Source: Marsupella aquatica
Taxonomy: Eukaryota; Plantae; Marchantiophyta
Assembly: GCA_973895155.1 (NCBI GenBank)
Contig: OZ316898.1
Span: forward strand, 9,349,079-9,413,078
Reading direction: 5' to 3'
Length of the DNA stretch: 64,000 bases
Position numbers and translations under genes: made by a program. This document shows, piece after piece, positions 50,601 to 61,491 of this stretch. The notes beneath the pieces are model-generated. The model was given only the letters and a program-made list of their open reading frames with translations, did not search any database and was not told the origin of the DNA. Within the stretch, counting starts at the first letter, position 1; every line of letters starts with the position of its first letter.

Positions 50601-51990
50601 ACACTCACTTGACGCTGTGAAAGGCTGTGATCACGTCGAGCTTTAAACAGACATAAGGGTCCTTATTCAGCCTTGCCTGAGACACCAGCTCATTAGTTAA
50701 CAGCATCGTGTGGTGAATCTATCTTCCCAGAAGATAGGCAAATTATTGGTCAGCAATAACTCTCATCAGTATCCTGACCAGACGTAGTTGAAAAGCTTTA
50801 GTGCCCACTTTGTAGCTGACTGTGAGGAGTGAGATAGGACGTTGGTTTTCAATCCTAAACTCATCACCCTTCTTAGGAATTAAAACAATCAATCCTTTCA
50901 ACAAACTATGACTGAATTGTCCTCTGGCTATACCTAAATGGAGAGCTTCCAGAAGTAGAGGCCCAATATCCTTCCAAAATGATAAGAACTCAGCAGGAAC
51001 ACCATCGTGACCTGGAGCTTTATTCTTACCAAGAGCTTTTGTGGCCACCAAAAGTTCATCAAGCGAAAGAAAAAGGTTTAACGTGGTCCTTTCTTGCTCA
51101 GAGATAATACTTTCACCTTCTGAAGGACCTTCTCCAATTCGACTTCCGATGGGTGATGCTTACATGTCAGAAGTGAGGAGTAAAAAGAAGTAACCGTCTT
51201 CGCCATTGCCTCCCAATCCTCTTGTATGATGTTCTGATCATCATATAGACCCTTCACTTCTGTATTCCATGCAAGACTTTGAAACGATGAGAACTGTAGA
51301 CGAGAGCATCCATCTCCATTCTTAATCCAGTTCGTACGGGACGCATCCTGCATGAATCTCAATTTATTTTCTTCCACAATCTTAAGCTGCAAAGAGCAGT
51401 CCGCCAGATTCCCTTGAAAAATCAGATTTTGCGGACAGCCTTCAATCGCCACTTGAGCTGCAGCCAAATTCAATTTCAAAACTTCAATATGACATCCTCT
51501 AAGCATAGCCTGTCTCTTACCCCAAGCACGATCAAAATTAGTGGCTTGCTTAAGACAGCGCTCTAATGCTTTAAATCGGGAGGAACCTTCTTACGGAAGG
51601 ATTTCTGTGTTTCTTCCAAAAATAACTCCGACATGGTCTGTCTGAAGATAGAATTGGAGAAATGAGAAGAGTTCATCTTGAACGGAGAGGGAAAAACACT
51701 TCTGCCCCCTGCAGTACAGACAATACTTATAGGTTGATGATTAGATAGAAATTGAGTAGAGATAATCGTGGAGACCGGTAAAAACTGTAACAATGGAGAC
51801 TGACGAGGGGCGTAGCAGCGATCCAACCTTCGAAGAATCCTTTCTGAGGATAAACCCGAGCCCATCATTTGTAGTAACTCCAAGAAAAACGCAATTTACC
51901 GGGTGTACTTAAGAAGGTATCCTCCCATTTCATTTTGCGTTAGAGATGGTCCCAGGCCCGTTTTTCCCTACATTTTAATATTTCACCTTT
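47610..51990 (-). mobile_element. Degenerate, 5'-truncated L1-type LINE (ORF2: APE endonuclease tail, reverse transcriptase, zf-RVT region)
   Basis: Fragments RRLDRCY...SNHQPI, KNKAPGHDGVPAEF, RPISLLTVSYK, RSVRQGCPISPLFF, HADNT (eroded YADD) and IWKSFREEKINHFLW. Many stops and frameshifts. Confidence 0.92.
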
Positions 51991-52969
51991 CAAATTTATA
52001 AGGCCACGCCATAAATAATTCATTTAGATTTCATTACTTCAAACTTAAAAACCATCATGGACACTTAACTTTAACATATATAAGTGTTTCACAGTTTTAC
52101 GTCAAAATGTTCTTAGAATGTTACTAGAATTATGCATCGTGAAAGGGTTTTCCAACTTCCACAAAACCTACCTAAAATTTGTACAAGATCAGAATTTTAT
52201 ATAATTATTTATTACTTGTTGTTTGGGCTAACGTGATAGACTGATAGTGCTACCTGACCGCTAGCTGTACGGTGACCTTTCGGAGAGTACTCATCCGTAC
52301 GTTTGGGTCATCAAGTGCATTCCGATACTTTTGCGTCGTGTCAAAGGCAGGATGTGTTCCCGCGCTTTCGGGTCCCCGCATCTTACGGCTTGGGTCGTTC
52401 GCGAGCAGCTGCCCGTCAGAAACACTTTTCTCCCGCAGCAGCCCGCCCTGCCCGACTGCCCGACTGTCTGACTGCCCAACTGCCCAACTCCTGCCGCCGA
52501 CGATGTGCGCTGTGGGGCCCATCCGTATACGACTACTTCTACTGTACGCCCTGAATTTTCGTGTACGGGGCAGACGGTCACGCCGGGCAGGTCGAGAGAA
52601 TTAAAGAAATGCCGTGTGTCAATGTGAATTTGAAAGCTTGGAATGTTTTGATTATAATTCGAATGTGCGTGAACTCCGAAATGCGTTGATTCATTCTGAA
52701 TAAATAATGTCAAAATTCTGAATAAATCCGGCAAAAATTACAATCCTTCCGTCAATATTGTAGTCGCGAATCTCATGATTCAATGCGCATTGGGTTCTGC
52801 GACGATCCTGACAGACTCGCGGCCTTCGCAGCTTTCGACTGTAGTAGAATCACACTCCACAATCCAGGATTGGTTTCCTCTCGATTGGTGTGTCCCGATC
52901 GTGGCCGCGTGATGTCTTGATTGGCATCGGAATATCGGATCGAGTATGCTGAATAGTGAGCTCGACGCA

Positions 52970-54030
52970 CTTTTGAGAGATCAATGTCAGTGAGTGGAAC
53001 TCCTTTTGGTTCTGTTTCGGGATTCTATTCTGCGGAGTTCGGGTAAATATGGGGTTTCAATCTCGCAGCATGATGGAGCAGTGAGTACTGGCGATCATTG
53101 GGCTGCGAGATCGATGTCAGTTTTGGTGGATGACTCTTTTTCAGAGCGACGTGAGTTGGCGTGACTGCCATCAACAGTGGGCCGTGAGATCGAAGTCAGT
53201 GGGGTTCTGCGTCGACTCTCTTTTGAGTTTTGATGGTGGGCAGTGAGTTTGTCACAGATTATTAAATGTGGACCAGGCTCGTTCTTTCGCTGCTCCTGTA
53301 GCTGTGCTCAAAGTCGTCTCATGAAGGTTCTGGAAATAACAAGGAAGATTAGGCGTCGACTCGTTACAGATTTGTTCCATATGGTCAACGTCATGGCTTT
53401 CGTTCGATATTCACATTCTTCTTACTGTTCGCCATCTGCTCTTCATTTTCTCTATAAATATGGCACAGTTGAATTGTGGCCTTCCAGGCTACAATTCCGC
53501 CTCTTGTCAAATTTTCTTCGTTGATTCAAGATGACTCAGCCATCTTAATTTCTCTATCCAAATGGCATGGTTGAGTTTTGGTCCTTCAGGCTGTAATCCT
53601 GTGTCTCGTCAAATATTCTTCTTTGATTCAAGAAGACTCAGGGGATCGCTAGATTGGTCGGTAAGTGAATCTGCATTACTTTGCTTATCTACGCACATCT
53701 TCAACCAGACGACGTTTCTCAAGAACCTGAACAGCTGACCAACGGAGAGAGATGTTCAGAAAATGGAGTGCAAGACTGTGGAATGTCTTGTCAAGACAAT
53801 ATCATCTTTCCAGCTCAGGAATGTTAGTGTCTTGACAAGATTCTTTCCCTTTCCGGTAATCCCACATCAAAATAATCCCACATCAAAATGTGGCAATATA
53901 CGGTGTACACTCATTCACTGATTTAAAGAAAATAACAAAACATCACTCATCAAAATGTGACAATATATAAAACATCACACATCAAAATGTGACAATATAC
54001 AGTGTACACTCGACTTAAAGAAAATAACAA
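52970..54030. repeat. Cluster of degenerate local duplications
   Basis: GAGATC.A.GTCAGT three times (52977-53200); a ~100-bp duplication at 53430-53640; CACATCAAAATGTG.CAATATA repeats at 53860-54030. Confidence 0.7.
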
Positions 54031-54089
54031 AATTTATCATAATATGAAGTAATGTAATACATAGTGTATATCATATTTTGATTTGCAGC

Positions 54090-54340
54090 TTCTTCAGGAG
54101 GGATTAGTCAGGAGCCCTTGGAATGATAGTGTCTTGGTGTCTTGACAAGATTCTTTCTTCAGGAGGGATTCTTTGGAATGATAGTGTCTTAGTGTCTTGA
54201 CAAGATTCTTTCTTCAGGACTCAGGAGGGATTCTTCAGGAACCCTTGGAATGATAGTGTCTTAGTGTCTTGACAGGATTCTTTCTTCAGGAGGGATTCTT
54301 CACGAGGAGCCCTTGGGTTCATAGTGCGTTGACAAGATTC
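54090..54340. repeat. Tandem repeat of ~52-70-bp units, 4-5 copies
   Basis: TTCTTCAGGAGGGATT...CTTGGAATGATAGTGTCTT.GTGTCTTGACAAGATTC repeated; a related copy lies near 53815. Confidence 0.9.
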
Positions 54341-55044
54341 CGGGCTCTGAGTTGGTTTCTGGCCAATGTAACTATTGGTCACATGATATGTCTTGACACC
54401 CATATGTGGTGGGTTTAGTTACTACTTGTACATGTGCAAAGCTTTATGATAATAAACAAGTCTATTTTCCCTGTAGTACAATTGAGAGATCATCATTCTT
54501 CCTGATGCCCTTTGGTCTGTTACTGCCCAGGTCATCAGATCATATTCCCACTTGTTACAGAGATATTTGGGAGACTCCAACATCACTTAGATGGGCTCTT
54601 TTTGCAGGCTGCACAGGGTCGCTCGTTTTACAGACAACACATTTCCGTCCGCAAATTTTGTTGAGGTCCCAACGAGCTCAAGGCTGAGCAATCCATTCTA
54701 GATCTCTAGCAGTGGATACTAGTGTGCCTCAACAGAGGCTCTCCCCTTAGGAAAACCCTATGTCCCCTTTGCAAATTAGTTGCCATGATGACTATTAGAT
54801 ATCACACTTTTGCAATGGTAGATCTTTATTCCTTAGTTCTGGGTGTGAGTTTGAGTTTCATGTTTGTACTCTCTACCTCTTTTATTCCATTCTACTTTGT
54901 TGGGCATGTTTTAGTAATTGGTCATTTTCTCTCTTGACATCCTTTAGTGATTACCATTCTGGCATGCAATTTCTATGACAATTGACAGCATTCTTTCTAT
55001 TATAGTTACAACCACTGACATATTTTTCAGTTTTCAATTGATAG

Positions 55045-55820
55045 AAGGATATTTAGCATGATGGGGAGATGCCTTGTGATCCTAATCTCTGTTATGAATC
55101 AAAGGTGGGTTATTTGGCATGATGAGGAGATGTCTTGTTGCATAATTATTTTATTTTGAATTGAACCAAGTTTAGCGTGACTTCTCGTTTAACACAGAAT
55201 AATTATTAATCTCCCCATCACGCTAAACTTGGCTCGTAACATAATTATTCTGTGTTAAACCTATCTAAATCTATCTAAGGATGTTTAGCATGAGGAGATA
55301 TCTTGTGACATAATTATCCTGTTTTAATGCGTTCAAAGGCTGTTTAGCATGATGAGGAGATGTATTGTGCCATAATTATTTTGTTTGAAAGTAGAATTAA
55401 GGATGTTTAGAGTCATGAGGAGATATGTCTTGTGACATAATTATTCTGTTTAAAATAGAAAGATGTTTAGCATGATGAGGAGCTGTCTTTGGGACATAAC
55501 TATTGGGTCGTAAGTGGATTGAAGGATGTTTAGCATATAAAGGAGATGTCTTGTGACATGATTATTGGGTCTTAAGTGGATTGAAGGATATTTAGCGTAT
55601 AGAGGAGATGTCGTGTGACATAATTATTCTGTTTTAATGGATCCAAGGATGTTTAGCATACTGAGTAGAATAGTACTGTAGATGTCTTGTGACTTAATGA
55701 TTCTGTTTTAAATGGATCGAAAGATGTTTAGCATACTGAGGAGATGTCTTGTGACATGATTACTCTGTTTCAAATGGATCGAACAATGTTTAGCACGATG
55801 CAGAGATGTCTTGTGACACT
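55045..55820. repeat. ~59-62-bp minisatellite, about a dozen copies, containing one inverted unit
   Basis: Consensus about GGATGTTTAGCATGATGAGGAGATGTCTTGTGACATAATTATTCTGTTTTAAATGGATC. Confidence 0.92.
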
Positions 55821-58666
55821 CAATGGGATCCTGTCAAATTCAATGATCAATTCACCATTCGATCATGTCAGTTATAAATTGACACTGTGTCCCCAAACCC
55901 AATTAATGTGCTGTCAATCGATCGAAATATGTTGAGAGAAGAGATTTGTAATGACGGAAGTTCAGAATCATCCTTCATCGCCAAATACTGATGAACGACA
56001 CGTAGCTTCCTTCACAATTACGGTTCACTAACTTCCTTCAATTACGGTTTTGGATCTCACTCCTCACAAACAATAATGGTTCTCCACATACTCGCATTCT
56101 TCCGGGGGAAGAACTCACCAGAGAATTGGACATTGAATGTCGTTCTGACCGTTGTTCCAGGGAAAAGTGACACAGAACATGCTTCCGTGATTTCAGCGAA
56201 GAAATTATACGTATCATTCTTCTTTCCACTACTAATTGCAATGCTGAATGGCCCTTGCCGTAATCTGGGACGCCGCAATAATTGTTCACGTTTGTAGACT
56301 CCTATGCACGTCTGCAGCAAGCTCATGAGCTGTGGCTTGTAACATGGAACACGGCTACATGGCATGGACAGCAGTCAATTGCAGAGTGGATTCGCAGAAG
56401 TCGAGTCACTCGCTTCATCAACCTGATTATTGCCCTTGAAAGGCATCGACGACGTGGACCCCTTCAATTTCTGGACTCGATCTAATGGATCTATGAACGT
56501 GTTGCGACGAGTTTCGGCAATCACCTCACCACCACATCAGCAAAAGCACAGTCAGGGGGAGGGCACTACGTTTTCGATCATGTTTGTGTTCCGTATGAAG
56601 CTCCCTTGAAATATGAATGGAACCCTGCTCTTCCATTCGAAACCTGCATACCGATTATTTTTATCCGTGTGGAGCTTCATATCCAAAGCCACATGCCGAT
56701 GTGCAATTATGCCAAGATGGATTAGAATTGCTTAATACAGGCCATCATAATCAATCAATCACTCGCTTGGGTTGGCTCCAAACAGTAATAAGGAAGAGAG
56801 ATTTTATTGGCGTGGTTCGGTCCCATTACTCACCCAGGTCCGCCCAATATTAAGCAAGAAGAACGTGAGTCACAACATTATGCGGAGGGCTGTCCGTTTT
56901 AGATCATGCTCCGTCAAATTATTCCTTTCTATACAATGTAGCTCTTCAAAACTAGAATCGAATCCTGATATTTTTATTTTTTAGTAAAGGTATCATGGAG
57001 CTCGAAACTCAAAGCATATTCAATTCTTCAGATCAAAAGCCACATGACAATGGATCCGCGATTGTGGAAGCCTGCTGTCGTTGAGTTTACTCCGTCTGTC
57101 TCGGAATGGTATTTCGCGCGCTCTTTCGTGGCTGGAAATATAATAACCACGCCTCGTGCATCATTGATATGAAGAGTACCTCTCGAGAGGGTATAATCAT
57201 ATCCAGGTTACAGTACCGTACCAGAAAGAAGAAATTAACTGGCTTATTACGGGCCATTATTGTAATCAATCGGTCGCGTGGGTTGTCTGGAGTGAACAAC
57301 AAGATTCAGTGTGTGACACACATTAATTAAGCACGACAACAATCACCACCTTTGGCACTTGTAACTCATCTTATATTGGTTTCTTCTAATTATTCCTAAT
57401 TATTCCTGTCTAGAGTGAAACCTCTCACTCTTAGAATAACTTAAATGAAGATACAAGCCAAAAATGAGGATTAGGGGTAAGATAAATTGCTACAAATGAT
57501 CATGCAAACTTCAGTTTATTTAACCTTTATTAACTTAAAAACATGCACTCACGCTGTGAGGATTTAGTTAATTAGTTATGATAGAAACATTTAAAGTGGG
57601 AAGGCTAGTGACGATAAGTGATGACAGAAATATTTAATGTGGGGCATGTCGACAGCACTTAACTTGAGGGAGGCTGCCAGATCAATTAAGGTCTCCATTC
57701 ACCTTAGATCTTTCTGTTGTACATATTTCAATGTTAGGATGTGATGGAGTGTCTGACATATCCGTCCTTCCTAAGTCAAATACCGGGCATTTTCAGTCTG
57801 CTGCTGGAGAAACCAAGTCACGGCCTCTGGATTTCACGACAATCAAATATCCTCACAAAGTTATGCAACAAAGGTGCTCCTTTGAATGTCAATCCAAAAA
57901 GGGCCTCGCAACTAAGAAGTAATTTCAGGCTACCACACCACCTGATCAACTAGTGGAGATTCTTGATGGATGAGCAAAATGATGTCGAATCGACCTTTAA
58001 ACACTACAGCAACTCAGTATCCCGCATCCATAATCCACGAATGCAAACAAAGTCGCATTCTACTTTACAAGTATCAACATGCATGGCCCAAAAGTGACGC
58101 ACAGGATAAGTTGAGGCGTAAATGAACGAATGAATGTAAACAAAGAAGAACTCCCAACAAATGTCATCGAAAATGAAGTGAACTTTACAATTTATTCACA
58201 TATTCTCTGGTACATGCTCCTGGGGTCGCCTGCAAGCACTCTCTCTCCTCTCAGCTGAGCTACATGCTGAGAGTGGGGGGCTTTTGCTTTATGCTACCTC
58301 CGTTGGGCAGTAGCAAAGTGGAATGGACCGAAAGCATGCTACAACAATAAATCAAAGCCGGCCTGACTGACTGACTGAAGACTACTTACAACGAACTCAG
58401 CTTGGTAGTGGAAAAAACCCGGGCTGACGAAAAGAGGGCCACCAACCTACTGCTTTCGTTCATTCGAATTCCATGCTCTATATATAAATGCTACAACGAA
58501 TGTAGGGGCAAATTGCTTCAGCCCCAAACTGAATGTACCCCGTAGAACTAGCTTAGCTGGCTACTGATTGACTAGCCTGCTTGTTCAAATACAGAAAAGT
58601 TACACTTTACACCTCTGAGATTATAACTCTCACTCACACGAACAAAGTACCCTCTCCGCTTCTGCC

Positions 58667-61048
58667 TTAAAACCGGCAAGACGTTCCTAGCCTTTGAAGA
58701 CCCTTCGCGCTCTCCACCTTGCGCCTGGCGAAGGCAGTCGGCAACAGGTCCTCGAAATATTCCAAAAAACGAACCCACACTTTCTCTTTCATGTCTGAGA
58801 AGTCCAAAGGAGTGCTCATATCGCACCCTGCGTCGTTTATCTTCCGGGCCATCTCAAAAGCCGACGTAGCACCTCGCATTCCAATGGCTCTGCGAGCCTC
58901 GCGACTTTGGCATCGAGACTTCTGGCTGCTCAAGCTTATGCTCCTAGGAACTCCCTGCATCCGAGAAAAGAACGCACCACCATTGAAGCTTCCCGACGTC
59001 GTCAGAGTTTTCTGCGCCTCTTCGAAAGGTAGGGGCGAGAAAGAATTTTGGGATGATCGATGCATTGGAGATGGGGTATAAGGAGAGACAGGGTAATCCG
59101 CATTTTCTTCTAATGGATGCATTTCCTGTAACATCAGAAGAGATGGCAACCCCGGCCGACTTGCCGCCAGCACTCTTGGAGAAGCGAGAGGAGAACTTGC
59201 AGCTAAGCCGTTTGAATGAAAAACATTACTGCCACTGGATACAGGAGAGAGGAAAGATTTCTGTGAAAAATTACTGTCATTGTTCTGAAAGCAAGTATAT
59301 CCATTGCTGATAGGAGAGCGGAGAGATCTGCAATAGGGAATACTATTCTCATTATCGTAATCCCAAGGTTCATCTTCGCGATTAGCACTGATGTCAAGGT
59401 CGAACTGGAATTGATCTTGCTCTCCAGAAAAGTCTTCATCGGACGACGACACTGCATCGAAAGCACTACCAGCCAGCGAGTCCTGCTCCATCTCAAACTT
59501 GGACAACATGCAAACGCTTTCGAGCTCACTGGGCTCCTCTTCCATTCCACACAACTCACGACTCATCATCCCACCAATCTCTGCCAAAGTTAGCCCAGCT
59601 GCGGCGCCCCTCTGGAGAAAAATTGTACAAATGATGAGTGTGCGGAGAGCAGATTCTCGTAACATGGGCAGTTCTTTCCTCAGCATCTCCACGTCCTTAA
59701 ATGGATCTAGAGATGCAATGTACTGCATCTCTTCGTCCGAAAAAGGCATCGATGCTTGAGGCCAGTGCAGCCATTCGAAATAGGGATCTTCCAGGTTTTC
59801 CGGCAAGCAAAGCCCATGATCAATAGGTATCAGAACTACTTCGTCGGCCAAGGATCGTTCCCAAGCAGCACCACCTGAAAGATTGGAGGCATCCTCACTT
59901 TTCGATTGCCTGACCAAAATATTGCCGGCATGCCGATCTGTGTTTAGGATTCTCACATCCAATATGCCAATTCGGTGCACTTGTGATACAGGGAATCGCG
60001 AAGTCCCGTGCTCGCTCGCGTCGAAATCGTGCTTTACGAACTGCTGGTAGGAACATATCTTCGAGACGGGCACTGCCGAGCTGCTCCTTTCCCGCTGTAC
60101 AATCTGTTGATCACACACCCAGATGTACAAGAGAATGAGAAAAGTAGCGAGCAATATATTTTCTTTGTCAGCAAAGGGAACATAGTCTTAGTCTTGCCTG
60201 AAAACAGTGGATTTAGCGTAGAAGCAGCACTGGCAGAAGCACAGCAAGCTTACCGAATTAGTCGGGTTAATGTTGAAAATGGGATGGGCAGCCTTCACGA
60301 GGACCGTCGAAGGAACGTTGGCGAAATGATTGTGATCCAGAAGGTATGCAGCTACCTCACGCACTCCTGTCTCGCCCACGCGTATCGACCTCTTCAGACC
60401 AGGCTGACCGAGCGTCTTGCCAACAAAACCCTTCGGGTTGTTGGGAGCAAAAGGCTCTTCGTCAGTGGGTTTCACTATGGCAGCACTCTCCCCTTTCCGA
60501 TTGCGAAAATAATAAGCTCCTCCCAGGCCTCCGCTCGCCGGATGGGGCTGCACACCACTCTCGATTGCCTTCGCAGTTTCTCTGATAAGCCTCTTCAAGC
60601 TCAGAGAGCAATTCTGTTCACCGACAATCTCGAAGGGTTGGTTGCGTGATTCTTTCAATTTCCCATCCGCGACGTTGGGAGAGAGGCAAGGGGTGGACGA
60701 GCTCCTGTACAGACCTCTAGTCAGGAGCAGTGGGCAGTCTTGCCTTATCCCACTAAGATCCTTGTCGAGAATATGGTCACCATAAACCAAAGCGCTCTGT
60801 TCGGTGGGGACACACAGAGCCGCTTGAACTTTCTTCTTCACCGAGTCTACTTTGTCAGCTCTGTCAAGCTCAATGCCGAGCACATTGCCTGTATCAACTT
60901 GTACAAAGATGCGCCTACGCCCGACTTGTCGACCGCCCAAGTTCAGCAAAACATTGTGTCCCCCTTGATGAGTACCTGTGTAATGGAGGCCATCGGGAAC
61001 GGCCACTGCCGTCTGGATCTGTACCGGACTTCTAACATGGGGAGGCAT
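58667..61048 (-). CDS. PI4KG: Type II phosphatidylinositol 4-kinase gamma (PI4Kgamma5/6/7-like) with N-terminal ubiquitin-like domain, 743 aa; exons 61048-60254 and 60103-58667
   Basis: SPVQIQTAVAV start and RRIFVQVDTGNVLGIELDR UBL segment. Kinase motifs GGLGGAYYF, IVKPTDEEPFAPNNPKG, REVAAYLLD, ILNTDRHAGNIL and IPIDHGLCLPE. C-terminus QRLGTSCRF. One 150-nt phase-0 GT-AG intron. Confidence 0.96.
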
Positions 61049-61491
61049 TCCGTCCTACTTCTTCCACAACCCTTACTTCTGCAGCAGTTGTTCCCACCCA
61101 CTGCCAGGGAAACCAAAAATGCTATTTGTTTGGCCAACTCTCTCACGCCAAGAACTCGAGACCAGAAAGCACAAGGCTCGGAATTCTTGATTTGAACGGT
61201 CATGTGAACGCACTCACGCATTACTCAAAATTGCAAACGAAACACCGGCTGACTCGAACCTTGAGATCGCCATCTGTGACCTGTTGTGGGAAAAGCGTCC
61301 TGCCGAGTCCTGCAGATGGGCTGGGACTCTCAAAGCACGGAGCAGATCGTCCCTTGCTTCCTTTCACGTCAAAAATGCCCGTGCAATCGTCGCTGGCCCA
61401 AACCAACAACTGGCCCTCAGGCCAGAGTATCGAGACACTCACATATCCATCAAACTTCTGATATCCATGCCATCGTATCCAGAAATGTCAT
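60943..61491 (-). promoter_or_regulatory. uORF stack in the PI4Kgamma 5' leader
   Basis: AUG uORF 61491-61450; 88-codon AUG-less open frame 61487-61221; AUG ORF 61221-60943 that overlaps the main start out of frame. Confidence 0.55.

Noticed and set aside
55045-55820. ~60-bp array as CRISPR repeat-spacer units
   Set aside because: The apparent spacer parts are homologous to one another, so this is an ordinary minisatellite.
55940-57330. Coding-like tract with short ORFs
   Set aside because: No frame stays open and no family motif was recognised, so a gene or pseudogene call is unsupported.
60008-61195. Plus-strand ORFs of 213 and 151 aa
   Set aside because: Antisense shadows of the PI4Kgamma coding sequence.
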